Of a stretch of DNA of 64,000 nucleotides, positions 19,411 to 30,003 are shown one piece after another. Numbering within the stretch: position 1 is the stretch's first letter; each line of letters starts with the position of its first letter. Made by a program: the position numbers and the translations under genes. Source of the DNA: a bacterium (GTDB taxonomy: Bacteria > SAR324 > NAC60-12); contig CBDBHR010000030.1 in NCBI GenBank assembly GCA_965205865.1, positions 192,001 through 256,000 of the forward strand, given 5' to 3'. The notes beneath the pieces were generated by a model that ran no database searches, was not told the origin of the DNA, and saw only the letters and a list, made by a program, of their open reading frames with translations.

Positions 19411-20964
19411 ATGCCCATCCTGCACTGGCTGACACGAGACGCTGACATCCGCGCAACCGCCGGCATGCACTATCGTCTACTAGAAGAAGACAACACCCTC
19501 TCCGCCAGCAACCAGGAAACAGGCAACATGCTGATCCAAGGCGACAATCTAGAGGCGTTAAAGGCGCTGCTGCCGTTCTATGCCGGGCGAGTAAAGTGCA
19601 TCTACATCGATCCACCGTACAACACGCGCTCGGCCTTCGAGTACTATGACGACAACCTGGAGCACACCAAATGGCTTGCGATGATGTGGCCGCGTCTGGA
19701 ATTGCTGCGTGACCTGCTCGCAGAGGACGGTTCAATTTGGGTGTCCATTGACGACAACGAGGCCCATTATCTTAAAGTCATCATGGATGAGCTTTTCGGA
19801 AGAAGAAACTTCGTGGCTAACGTGCTTTGGCAAAAAACCCACACGCGTGAGAATCGGACAGATGTCTCGGCTGTACATGATCATATTATTCTCTTTGCAA
19901 GGAATCGGGACGTCTGGAAAGAGATTCGGAATATTCTTCCCGCGTCAGAGAGTCAACTTGAGAGATTTACGAATCCTGATAGCGACCCACGAGGTTCTTG
20001 GTCTTCAATTCCAGCCCATGCGAAAGCTGAGAAGGGTCGCAGAAAGGAACAGTTTTTTACAGTGACAACCCCTTCAGGCCGCCAGGTTGATCCTCCTCTG
20101 GGGCGATGTTGGTTATATACTCAAGATCGTTTTTCAGAAATGGTTGCAGACAACCGCATATGGTTTGGAACCGAAGGCACCAATGTTCCCCGAGTAAAGA
20201 AATTCTTGGCAGAAGTTCAACAAGGACTCGTTCCATCTACACTCTGGCTTTACCAAGATGTCGGTACGACCGGAGAAGCAAAAAACGAAACCACAGGGCT
20301 GTTTCCCGGAGAAACACCTTTTTCAACCCCTAAACCCGAACGCCTCATTCAACGCATCCTCCACATCGCCACCAACCCCCGAGACATCGTGCTCGATTCT
20401 TTTCTCGGTTCAGGCACCACCGCGGCCGTGTCACACAAGATGGGCCGGTGTTACATCGGCATCGAAATGGGAGAGCACGCTGTCACGCATTGTGTGCCCC
20501 GCTTGCACAAGGTCATCGACGGCGAGCAGGGCGGCATCTCGAAAGTCGTCGGCTGGAAGGGCGGCGGTGGGTACCGCTTCTACCGCCTCGGCCCGCCCGT
20601 GTTCGACGCGGAAGGGCATATCCGCCAAGACATTCGATTTCCCATACTGGCCGCGCATGTCTGGTTCAGCGAGACCAGGTGTCCGTGGAACGGCAACGGC
20701 GGTTCGCCATTCCTTGGTCTGCACGACGGTCGCGCCTACATCCTACTCTACAACGGCATCCTCGGTGATAAACGGCCGCGCGGCGGCAACGTACTGACCC
20801 GCACTACGCTGGCCCTGGTACGCAAGGAGATCGCCAAGGCGAAGACGGGTTTCGACGGGGTGCTGATGGTCTATGGCGAGCAGTCGCGCCTGACGCCGGC
20901 GACGCTCGAACGCGAACACATCGTCTTCAAGCAGACGCCTTACGACATGAAGGTGAGAACCTGA
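19411..20964 (+). CDS. mod: Type III restriction-modification methyltransferase subunit
   Basis: IQGDNL, IYIDPPYN, TPKPERL, DSFLGSGTT. Confidence 0.9.
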   Translation: MPILHWLTRDADIRATAGMHYRLLEEDNTLSASNQETGNMLIQGDNLEALKALLPFYAGRVKCIYIDPPYNTRSAFEYYDDNLEHTKWLAMMWPRLELLRDLLAEDGSIWVSIDDNEAHYLKVIMDELFGRRNFVANVLWQKTHTRENRTDVSAVHDHIILFARNRDVWKEIRNILPASESQLERFTNPDSDPRGSWSSIPAHAKAEKGRRKEQFFTVTTPSGRQVDPPLGRCWLYTQDRFSEMVADNRIWFGTEGTNVPRVKKFLAEVQQGLVPSTLWLYQDVGTTGEAKNETTGLFPGETPFSTPKPERLIQRILHIATNPRDIVLDSFLGSGTTAAVSHKMGRCYIGIEMGEHAVTHCVPRLHKVIDGEQGGISKVVGWKGGGGYRFYRLGPPVFDAEGHIRQDIRFPILAAHVWFSETRCPWNGNGGSPFLGLHDGRAYILLYNGILGDKRPRGGNVLTRTTLALVRKEIAKAKTGFDGVLMVYGEQSRLTPATLEREHIVFKQTPYDMKVRT

Positions 20965-20966
20965 CC

Positions 20967-23618
20967 ATGCAGCTCAAGCAATACCAGACCAATACGTTGG
21001 CCGTGCTACGTCGCTTTTTTGAGGAAACCCGCGTCGCCGGTGCAGTGCATGCCTATGAGGCTATCACCCAGGAGCCGGATCAGGTCGGGCGTCTTGGAAA
21101 CTATGCCGGGGTCTACGCGCCGCTGGCTGAACTGCCGCTTGTGCCTTACGTTTGCCTGCGTCTACCTACCGGCGGGGGCAAGACGATCCTTGCCGCACAT
21201 GCAGTCTCCATCGCCTGCCATGCTTGGATTGAGAAGGACTATCCATTGGTGCTCTGGCTAGTGCCGAGCAATACCATTCGTTTGCAGACTGTCGAGGCGT
21301 TGAAAAATGCCCGTCATGCGTATCGGCAGGTGTTGGACGACTCGTTTGACGGCCGGGTGCGCGTGTTCGACATTGTCGACTTTACCCATATACGACCTCA
21401 CGACCTGCGCGATCACTGTTGCATCGTGGTCGGTACTATTCAGACGCTGCGGGTCAAGAGTACCGAGGGACGCAAGGTTTACGCCCACAACGAGGAGATG
21501 GAACCGCACTTTTCGGTAGCGTCAAAAACAGCGACAGGACTGGAAAAGTTGGAAAATGGCGCTGTCAAGTATTCCTTCGCCAATCTGCTACACCTCCACC
21601 GCCCACTGATGATAGTGGACGAAGCGCACAACGCTGTTACGGGTCTGACACGGGAAATGCAAGCGCGGGTGAATCCGTGCGCGATCATAGAGTTCACGGC
21701 AACACCCCGGCTCATGTCGAACATTCTGTACAGCGTCACCGCCCAAGAACTCAAACGTGAAGACATGATCAAGTTGCCGATCAAGCTATCCGAACATGAC
21801 ACTTGGCAGAACGCAGTAAATGGGGCTATTGCCGCCCGCGCCTCGCTTGCCATGGTTGCCAAGAAGGATGCTGATTTCATACGTCCCATTGTCTTGTTCC
21901 AAGCGCAGCCGAAAAACCAGGGAATTACGGTCGGAGAACTGAAGAAGCACTTGATGGAAGTCGAACAGATCCCCACAAGTCAGATCGCCATTGCCACCGG
22001 CGATCAGCGTGGACTATACGGCATCGACCTGTTTGACCCGACCTGCCCTATTGAATACGTCATCACCATCAAGGCGTTAAAAGAAGGCTGGGACTGCTCC
22101 TTCGCCTATATTTTCTGTTCCGTCTCGAGAATCCACAGCGCGGTGGATGTTGAACAGCTTCTTGGCCGCGTACTGCGTATGCCATATGCCAAGCGGCGTA
22201 AGGCTACCGAATTGAACAAGGCTTATGCTTACCTGTCCGAACCCTCCTTCGGCGAAGCGGCCCGAGCTCTGGCGGATAAGCTGGTGGGTATGGGTTTCGA
22301 GGAGGACGAGGCGCTTGACAGCATAGAGTCAGTTCAACTAGAACTTGGCGATTGGGACGACCTATTCGGTCCACGCGAACGACCCAAGCCAACCTTGAGG
22401 TGCACCATGACTGCGTCGCCGGAAGTCCTCTCAGCTTTGCAGGGCGTCAAGCACGACAGGATGAAGGTTCGTCAGACTGCTGACGGACTGGTCGAGATCG
22501 TCGTCACCGGCGGTGTGGATAATCGCTTGGAAGGGATGATCTACAAAGCGATCCCAGAAGCAGAACGCCAAGGTGTCGCCGAGGCTATTTCAACTTATCA
22601 AGTCGAGGTAAAAGACCAGTTGTCACCTGCGGAACGAGGCGAAAAGTTCAAGGTTCCGCGTCTCATGGCGAAAATCCAGGGAGAGTTGGGGTTCGCAGAT
22701 GTCGATGTGTTCATGGAGTTTCACGATTGGTCTCTGCTCAACCATTCGCCGAAAATGAACGAGCGTGAATTTACGATCCGTGAGACGGCACGCAGCTTCG
22801 AGATCGACATCGATGGCAGGCATGTCAGATACCAGTTCTCCGGCGAGGAGGAACAACTAACGCTGAACGTAGACGTGGAAGGCTGGACACCTGAAGCCCT
22901 GGTCCTGTGGCTCGACCAGCAAGTGCGCCAGCCTGACGTCGCTCAGCGCGACTTGCTCAAGTGGCTTTCCAATCTCGTTGGCCACCTGAGCATCGCACGC
23001 GGTCTGCCTATCGCTGCGCTTATGCGCTGCAAGTTTATCTTGGCGCGAAAGATACGGGACAAGATTTCTGAAATTCGCCGACAAGAACGGAAGAGCACCT
23101 ATCAGCGGTGTCTCTTCGCACCGGAGGCAAAAGTCGACATATCCTTTGACAACGCCTTTTTGTTCAAAGATGGGAAGTATCGGGACCAGAGGCGATACCG
23201 GGGGCACTGGAAACCACGGAAACATTTTTTTGGCCCGGATCACGTTCCAGCCTTCGACGGCCTGGACGATGGTGAGGAAGTCCAGTGCGCCCGAACCATT
23301 GACAGTTTGCCCAATGTAACCTACTGGATTCGTAACGTGGCACGAAATTCAGATTCATTCTGGTTGCCTACTGCGACAGACAAATTCTACCCTGACTTCG
23401 TATCGTTGCTGGACGACGGTCGTCTTCTCGTCGTCGAGTACAAGGGTGCGCATATCGCTGACGGATCCGATACTGCCGAGAAGCGGGTAATTGGTGAGCT
23501 TTGGCAACGACAAAGCGGGGGCAGGGGCCTGTTCATGGTGGCGGAGAAACGCATTAATGGGAAGGATGTGCGACAGCAGCTGATGGAAAAGTGTGGTAAC
23601 ATCGTTGGCCATACATAG
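20967..23618 (+). CDS. res: Type III restriction endonuclease/helicase subunit
   Basis: LPTGGGKT, DEAH, TATP, EGWDC, QLLGRVLR, and C-terminal FYPDFV...VEYKG. Confidence 0.9.
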   Translation: MQLKQYQTNTLAVLRRFFEETRVAGAVHAYEAITQEPDQVGRLGNYAGVYAPLAELPLVPYVCLRLPTGGGKTILAAHAVSIACHAWIEKDYPLVLWLVPSNTIRLQTVEALKNARHAYRQVLDDSFDGRVRVFDIVDFTHIRPHDLRDHCCIVVGTIQTLRVKSTEGRKVYAHNEEMEPHFSVASKTATGLEKLENGAVKYSFANLLHLHRPLMIVDEAHNAVTGLTREMQARVNPCAIIEFTATPRLMSNILYSVTAQELKREDMIKLPIKLSEHDTWQNAVNGAIAARASLAMVAKKDADFIRPIVLFQAQPKNQGITVGELKKHLMEVEQIPTSQIAIATGDQRGLYGIDLFDPTCPIEYVITIKALKEGWDCSFAYIFCSVSRIHSAVDVEQLLGRVLRMPYAKRRKATELNKAYAYLSEPSFGEAARALADKLVGMGFEEDEALDSIESVQLELGDWDDLFGPRERPKPTLRCTMTASPEVLSALQGVKHDRMKVRQTADGLVEIVVTGGVDNRLEGMIYKAIPEAERQGVAEAISTYQVEVKDQLSPAERGEKFKVPRLMAKIQGELGFADVDVFMEFHDWSLLNHSPKMNEREFTIRETARSFEIDIDGRHVRYQFSGEEEQLTLNVDVEGWTPEALVLWLDQQVRQPDVAQRDLLKWLSNLVGHLSIARGLPIAALMRCKFILARKIRDKISEIRRQERKSTYQRCLFAPEAKVDISFDNAFLFKDGKYRDQRRYRGHWKPRKHFFGPDHVPAFDGLDDGEEVQCARTIDSLPNVTYWIRNVARNSDSFWLPTATDKFYPDFVSLLDDGRLLVVEYKGAHIADGSDTAEKRVIGELWQRQSGGRGLFMVAEKRINGKDVRQQLMEKCGNIVGHT

Positions 23619-23644
23619 TGAGATGAGCAGCATAAAAATCGGTT

Positions 23645-23820
23645 GCCAGTCAATGCACCACTTGTGGAAAAGCTTCAAGTGAATGATTGAAAGCCCATTT
23701 CATGCGTGTGTTCGATTTGGGAGCGGCGATTGTCTACAATGTCCCCAGTCGAACCAGACAGGACCTCCCGCCTGAGTTGATGCAAGAATTGGCGGAGCAT
23801 CTAAACTTTAAGGGATCAAG
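23645..23820 (+). pseudogene. Diverged internal fragment of dapA
   Basis: TTGAAAGCCCATTTT..GCGTGTGTTCGATTTGGGA...AGTCGAACC.GACAGGACCT...TTGATGCAAGAA matches dapA at about 14695-14870, with indels. Confidence 0.88.
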
Positions 23821-24682
23821 GCCAATTGGGTCCTCTTGAAAAATAAACTCAGCAATCGCTTTGCTTACAATCTGCCTTTTTCAAACCAGCACAAAAGAAG
23901 AGCAATAAAAAATTGAGCAGGCCGCATAAACCCTCAAGAAACCTTCCAAAAAATCAATAAAGTCCGTCGTAGAATTCCCTTGACACACCAATTTTTGTGA
24001 AATTTTTAATTTTTCTTCTATGAAAGCATCTGTCAAGAAGGTAGTGAAAAAAAATCTAACCAGCCTACTATTCGTGGTCCCGAAAGCCAATATGTTACTT
24101 TTTCGAAGTGGATTGAATAAAACTGGAGTTGGCATACTTCAGGAAGTTGCTTGGAGTCAACAAGGGGAACTCCGCTATACTCCCTCACTTCGAGGATAAG
24201 GTGTTGAAATTTTTCAAGTTTCTATACATAAATTTAATGTTAACTTTTTTTCATAGCGGTCTCCTGTCAAAGAGTTGTTTGAATTTTGACAAACTTCATT
24301 ATTATCACAACCCCCGGAGACTGTCTGTTTTACATAGTAACTATGTTGCTGTTGTGCTGTCTGGAAGGTTCAAAATGACACAGTGTACAATTGAATTTAG
24401 AGTGTCTGCCAACAGAAGCAAATCAGACAACGATTTTTCACGAGGAAACTAGTATTTCGCTAGATCAATGGGAATGGACAAAGCATTGATCCGATTGGTT
24501 TAAGGTTGAGTTCACATGAAAAATAGTTGTTACGAGTGCTTTGATCAACGTGGGAAATTCACGATACAGGATCGGCGCCAAATTGCTCATCCACAGAATT
24601 TGAAAAAAACTCAACCAGTACAACCATATTGTAACGAAAATTTATCTCATCACACTATGTCTACACTTAGAAGGAGTTTGCC

Positions 24683-25180
24683 ATGTCGGACAAGTCGGAC
24701 AAATTAGCTATCGTCGCCTGTTGGTCCCCTATCTTGCAGGCTCTGTTCACATTAGTAATTGCTGTGTCCAGTGGTTGGTGGGCGTACACTACTTACATGA
24801 ACGACCAAAAACGTTTCGAGGAGCAGAAGAATCGGGATCGGTATGAGACTCAGAAAGAGGCCATCTCTCAGATGAGCCGCCAGCTTGGATTAATGAAGGC
24901 TCAATGCCCCGAGAGTTCGTTGCTAGACCTCGCAGACGAGATATCGAGCCTCGATAAACGGTGCTTTGAGGCGTACATTGGTGCACGCTCACTCTTCTTT
25001 TTGTCGAGAGTTCGGATTTTCCGCTCGCTCAAAATGGAAGAGTCTGAATGGAATAAGCTTTGGAAATCCCTGGAAGACTCGCTAATTAACGCGGGGACAA
25101 GTAAATACGATGCGAGCACGGTGTCAATACTTTGGGAAGGTATCGTCAATAAATCGGAACAACCTAGTGGGGGGATGTGA
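24683..25180 (+). CDS. Hypothetical protein with N-terminal transmembrane helix
   Basis: SD AAGGAG, hydrophobic ILQALFTLVIAVSSGWWAY followed by a charged helix. Confidence 0.7.
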   Translation: MSDKSDKLAIVACWSPILQALFTLVIAVSSGWWAYTTYMNDQKRFEEQKNRDRYETQKEAISQMSRQLGLMKAQCPESSLLDLADEISSLDKRCFEAYIGARSLFFLSRVRIFRSLKMEESEWNKLWKSLEDSLINAGTSKYDASTVSILWEGIVNKSEQPSGGM

Positions 25181-25181
25181 C

Positions 25182-26018
25182 ATGTGGAACGGATGCGTAT
25201 GTAAAGTGTGGAACCAGACCCTTCTCGTGTTTGGTGTGTTGCTGGTGGCGGTGATGGGGAATGTACAAGGTCAGGTACAGCCAGAGCAAGAACGAAATCA
25301 GGAAAAGAAGGACGCGCTTGAATTCCTTGAGGTTTGCAAATCTGGTAATAACTCGTTCGTCACAGTAACGTTTACCCCGGTTCGCAGACTTCGACAAGAT
25401 GAAAAGCCTCAGTGCGGTACTTGGCGGTACATCTACACCGATCAGCAGTACACCGACAACAAATACGACCTGACAAATGGGAACCAGATACACTTCGTCT
25501 CGACCCTGAGTCGTCCGACATCTGAGGATCTTCCGCAATACTTGTGGCATGTCATCTCCGTGCCGAGTCCGATCAATAATGCAATGGCGGACAGAAGAAC
25601 GGGATTCATAGCTCGCCATAAGAAGTTTTATGATATAGAAGGTGAATGGACGACCGAAGAATATTATGATTATTTAAGGCGTTCCATCGTCGATACGAAT
25701 AGTGGAGGCTCGTTTCCAGTCTACTTGAGGAAGGATGGGATGAACGAACGACGAATTCCGAAAATTAGAGAGATTTGGGAAGAGACCTTCGGGAGAGCCA
25801 TGGAAGTCCTAGTCCTGAATTCCTATACAGCGTACTCATCTGGTTACACGCACACTTTTATCTATCAAGATACCCCCGGAAATTCAAAATCTATCGGGGG
25901 ATGCGGAGACCGTCGTAATTCATCTCGCTACGTGCAGGTGCCCGGCACAGCATTCGGGTTTGTACTCGATGATAAGGGCAATTGCTTGGCGGGGACGACG
26001 ATGGAGTTGGTGCCATGA
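25182..26018 (+). CDS. Hypothetical exported protein
   Basis: ATG 1 nt after the upstream stop, signal-peptide-like LLVFGVLLVAVMGNVQG, four Cys in the mature part. Confidence 0.68.
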   Translation: MWNGCVCKVWNQTLLVFGVLLVAVMGNVQGQVQPEQERNQEKKDALEFLEVCKSGNNSFVTVTFTPVRRLRQDEKPQCGTWRYIYTDQQYTDNKYDLTNGNQIHFVSTLSRPTSEDLPQYLWHVISVPSPINNAMADRRTGFIARHKKFYDIEGEWTTEEYYDYLRRSIVDTNSGGSFPVYLRKDGMNERRIPKIREIWEETFGRAMEVLVLNSYTAYSSGYTHTFIYQDTPGNSKSIGGCGDRRNSSRYVQVPGTAFGFVLDDKGNCLAGTTMELVP

Positions 26019-26335
26019 ATAAGAGGCGACTCACAGATGATCAGATTATCGATTTTTTGAAACAGGCAGAAGCATGGGAAAAGACTACCGTCTTGTGCCG
26101 CCATTTGGGAATCACGAAACAGACGTTTTATTGATGGAAAGTGTAACTATTCAGGTGCGAAAACACTGGGCTAGAGGTCGACAGAACCTCTAAATTGCGT
26201 CAAAATATCTCAAAAGTGGATGATTTAGTGCGCTTTTTCAAAGGGAAATGCCCGCAAGCCCAGGAAACCCGCACCTGAATAGTTACTGGAAAGCCACATA
26301 CGCAGGCATGAAGGTGTTCGAAGCGAAACGGCGTC
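26015..26335 (+). pseudogene. IS3-family OrfA transposase remnant interrupted by a MITE
   Basis: MNKRRLTDDQIIDFLKQAEA...LCRHLGITKQTFY*WK|ATYAGMKVFEAKR. Confidence 0.78.
26143..26286. mobile_element. MITE family C (17-bp TIR GTAACTATTCAGGTGCG)
   Basis: Perfect inverted repeats. Flanks TGGAAAGT and TGGAAAGC form a 7-8 bp target duplication. Confidence 0.85.
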
Positions 26336-26714
26336 TTGTAGTGTTCCTGATGGACATTAATTCACAACCCACGTCACAGTTTTCTATTTCGCTTACTCTC
26401 AGAAACGTTCCACTGGGTTATGTCCAGCCCGTTTCACGGTTCTGGTCTGCTGGCTGGTTGGTGACCTAGAGGTTGCGCCCGATTTTCGATATGACTGATC
26501 TCGCTTGTAGTAGACACATTGGTACGGCGGAATGGGGGTCAGGCCTTTGATTATTTGATTAGAAAGTGATTAGGAATGAGTCCAGTTTTTTTGCCCCCTT
26601 TTCATTAAATCAAAAGCCTGATAAACATCTAGCAGGAGGTGAGACATCGTCCCAGATTATGGTAATATTTATTTTTCACCCATAAATATTTTTACCATAA
26701 CAAGGAGATGTCTC

Positions 26715-27621
26715 ATGAGAGAATTATATGCAGGAATTAATTTACATTCAAACAATAATTACCTTTGTATCATTGATGAAGCGGATAAGCGGCTACATGA
26801 AGTGAAATTAGAGAATAATCTAAGGGCGGTTTTGTTTGCTCTGTTTCCTTATAAAGATGATTTAGTAGGAACGGTGGTGGAATCGACGTTCAATTGGTAT
26901 TGGTTAGTCGATGGACTGATGGAAGCGGGATATCAGGTTCATTTGGCCAATCCGGCTAAAAATGTTCAATATTCTGGACTGAAACATAGCAATGATAAGT
27001 ATGACGCTTTCTGGTTGGCTCATCTTCTGCGGCTTAATATACTGGCGGGAGGTTATATTTATCCGAAAGAAGAGCGCGCGGTTCGAGATGAAAATAGTTC
27101 CCGCTGATCTTCCTTATATGCTAAAAAATGAGGACAAGATTATGGCCTTGGAGAGCAATCTCATGATGATCCATATTCTGAAGGAACGAATAAAACAGGT
27201 GGAAAAGCGGATTCGTCAACGCATCCAATTAAAACCAGAGTATAAAAAATTGTTAACCGTCTCAGGGATCAGAACAATCCTCGCCTTAACAGTCATGTTA
27301 GAAACAGGAGAGATTAGTCGATTTCCCGGCGTGAGCGATTTTGTTTCTTATTGTCGAAATGCTCCCAGTAAAATAACATCCAATGGCAAAAAGAAAGGAG
27401 AAGGGAATCGGAAAAATGGTAACAAATACTTAGCCTGGGCTTTTGTGGAAGCGGCTCATTTTTCCCTCATCCATAGTGAGCTGGCGCGACGGTATTACCA
27501 GAAAAAAATATCAAAAACGAAGACGGTGGTGGCAATCAAAGCCTTAGCCAGTAAACTGGCGCGAGCAAGCTATTTTGTCATGAGAGATCAAGTGGATTTT
27601 AGAGATTCAGAGCTATCTTGA
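26715..27621 (+). pseudogene. IS110-family transposase pseudogene
   Basis: YAGINLHS (first catalytic Asp appears as Asn), VVEST, KHSNDKYDA, SNGKKKG, GNKYLAWAFVEAA. Frameshift or internal deletion near 27090. Confidence 0.87.
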
Positions 27622-27761
27622 AAAACAAAAAAAAGACTGAAACCAAGCACAACAAAACCGAGAGAGCCAAGAAACCCTCTGACAAGAAGCCCGGTTGTGT
27701 GACACGGTAGGCAGAGGACAGGGGACCCCTAAAGCAGTCCCCCATCCTGGAAGTAAGTATA

Positions 27762-29546
27762 CTAGAACCCCATCTCTTTTTTCAGATCCTGGTCAATCCA
27801 GAGGCGTGCGAAGACGCCATTAAAGTCCATGTTTCCCATTTGCATTTCACCGTTATATCCGATGAGCCATGGTTGGTTCACGTTAAACTGTGGCGCTCTA
27901 CCACCCCAGATATACCAGTGGTTTTTGATCACGTACATATCTGCCTCGATAATCAGCCTCTGCTGCTCCTCGATGGTGGTAGCAGCTTGGGCGGCTTCCA
28001 CCATGGCGTCATAAACCGGGTCCTGGACATTCGGGGGGTTCCATCCGGAGTCCGATTTAAACCAAGCGATCTGCCCTAGCGGGTTCCACTCGTAGCCCGG
28101 ATTTGAATCGATTACGCCTTCATAAACACGATCACGTATGATAGCGCCAAAATTGGATCCGTCCATCTCCCTGATCTCGATATCAATGCCGATCTTACCC
28201 CAGTAGAAGGCCACTAATTCTCTATAAGCCAAATCCCAGCGATCGAGGTGGTTCAAGACGGTCTTGAATCGAATGCCGTCAGCGCCGCGCGGATATCCCG
28301 CCTGATCCAGGAGCTTCTCCGCCCCTTCCGGGTCATAGCGATAGTATTTCTTGATCTCCTCGGGCCACTCGTCAAAGGGGATGGCATACCCCTTCAAACC
28401 CGTGCCATTCACCCCCATCGGTTTCCACTCGGCCCAACCCCTGAAGTAGGTATTGGCAATGGTCTCGAGGTCCAGTGCCATTTGCATGGCCTGGCGCACC
28501 CTGAGGTCGTTAATGGGCGAGTTGTCGGGGCGCACGCCAGCCGCAAAAGACGTTTCTGAGCGAAAGGCAAACGCCGTCAGTACGAGTTCGGGATTGGTAT
28601 TCTTGAGGCTCTCCGCCTCGTCGATCGTAAATATTTGAGAGACGCCGAGGTGACCGATGTAATCCAGCTTACCCGATCGCAGTGCCGCAAGACGGGTGGC
28701 GTCTTCCGGCAAAATCAGGGCCCTCAACTCGTCGACGTACGGCAGGCGGTTCTGCGGATATTTTTCGTCGGTGCCCCAGTAGTCCGAATTCTTGACCCAA
28801 GTCATCGAGCTGCCCTCAACCCAGTCGGTCAGCATAAAAGGGCCGGTGCCGACCAGGTTCCGCCAATCCTTCACATCCCCGTGTTGCTTAATTACCTCGG
28901 GCGGTTGTATAAACACATAGGGACTGTCGAGGATAGTCAGCAGCGCGGTGGGCGATGGTCGTTTCAGCTTAAACACAACCGTATTTTTATCGGTGGCAGT
29001 GATCGATTCGAATGGTACAGAGGTGATATCCGCGGTATAGGGGCTCGGTTCGGAGAAGCCGCTGCCCAGACCTGTGAGGCGGTGGAAGTTAAACTCCACG
29101 TCCTCGGCGGTGAGCGCACGGCCGTTCATTGGCGCCTTGTCGTGCCAATGCACGCCCTGGCGGATGTGGAAGACAATCGTGAGTGGATCGGGCTGCTCCC
29201 AGTTTTCAGCCAGATGCCCTTTCATGGCAAAGAGAGGCGTGTAGTTTGACTTAAAGTGGTGTTCGTTCCGATCGATTCCCCAGTTGCCATCGGCTAACTT
29301 CTCGACAACGGCACTGTGGGCGGCGCCCGCTCCGTGCGTGAACCAGGAGTCCGTATGCGGTGGTTCAGGTTTCTTGGCGATGGTCAAAATCCCGCCATAC
29401 TGTGGCGCAGTCACCATCTCCCCGGTTGTGGGGTCAGTCACCATTTTCTTCTCAGCCGCGACGGCCAAACCGACCCAAAGGGCGGCCACCATCAGGATGA
29501 AGGTTAACAACAATGATTGCATTTTTCTTGTTTTACTTTTTTCCAT
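27762..29546 (-). CDS. Peptide/nickel ABC transporter solute-binding protein (family 5), intact
   Basis: Signal peptide, PQYGG, HLAENWEQPD, GTGPF, VRQAMQMALD. SD AAGGAG. Confidence 0.93.
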   Translation of the reverse strand: MEKSKTRKMQSLLLTFILMVAALWVGLAVAAEKKMVTDPTTGEMVTAPQYGGILTIAKKPEPPHTDSWFTHGAGAAHSAVVEKLADGNWGIDRNEHHFKSNYTPLFAMKGHLAENWEQPDPLTIVFHIRQGVHWHDKAPMNGRALTAEDVEFNFHRLTGLGSGFSEPSPYTADITSVPFESITATDKNTVVFKLKRPSPTALLTILDSPYVFIQPPEVIKQHGDVKDWRNLVGTGPFMLTDWVEGSSMTWVKNSDYWGTDEKYPQNRLPYVDELRALILPEDATRLAALRSGKLDYIGHLGVSQIFTIDEAESLKNTNPELVLTAFAFRSETSFAAGVRPDNSPINDLRVRQAMQMALDLETIANTYFRGWAEWKPMGVNGTGLKGYAIPFDEWPEEIKKYYRYDPEGAEKLLDQAGYPRGADGIRFKTVLNHLDRWDLAYRELVAFYWGKIGIDIEIREMDGSNFGAIIRDRVYEGVIDSNPGYEWNPLGQIAWFKSDSGWNPPNVQDPVYDAMVEAAQAATTIEEQQRLIIEADMYVIKNHWYIWGGRAPQFNVNQPWLIGYNGEMQMGNMDFNGVFARLWIDQDLKKEMGF

Positions 29547-29574
29547 GATTTCTCCTTTTTTACTTAAATTTTGC

Positions 29575-29994
29575 GTAACTATTCAGGTCTCTGAAAAACC
29601 CGTTTAGTTCAATATCATTAAAAAAGATTCCCAGGGAGGATCAATCGTTTTCAATTCCTCTCACGATATTGTTCCATCGATCGGGAATCCCCTCTTTCAC
29701 CAAAACAACTCAGTGAAGGCATGATTGTAGCAAACAAAAACGCAATGTCAACCCCCTGCTGTAAAATAAATGCGGGATTCGCAAAAAAAAAATCAATAAA
29801 TCTGCTCAAATCCGGGGACAGTCAGAAGCCGTTCAGTTCAATAACATTGAAAAAAGATTCCCGGCAAGGATCCATCGTTTTCACATCCTCCCAGGGTATT
29901 GTTCAATCGATCGAGCGGGAACCCTTCTATATTTTATGCAACGCAAAATCCGTGCTTAAATCGATGGGTTCTCTGAATATACCTGAATAGTTAC
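29575..29994. repeat. Upstream block bounded by family C TIRs (GTAACTATTCAGG / CCTGAATAGTTAC), duplicated at 38837-39181
   Basis: Contains two internal AAAAAAGATTCCC..GGATC..TCCTC..ATTGTTC.ATCGATC units and a minus-strand TTGACA-N16-TACAAT. Confidence 0.72.
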
Positions 29995-30003
29995 CTTTCC
30001 GTC

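Noticed and set aside
9981-23618. A complete BREX system
   Set aside because: No pglZ, pglX or brxC. The methyltransferases present are Dcm and Type III Mod, separated from the DUF2791 genes by pyrD and dapA.
23830-24680. Short ORFs in the AT-rich spacer after the RM island
   Set aside because: No recognisable motifs or SD sites, and composition looks non-coding.
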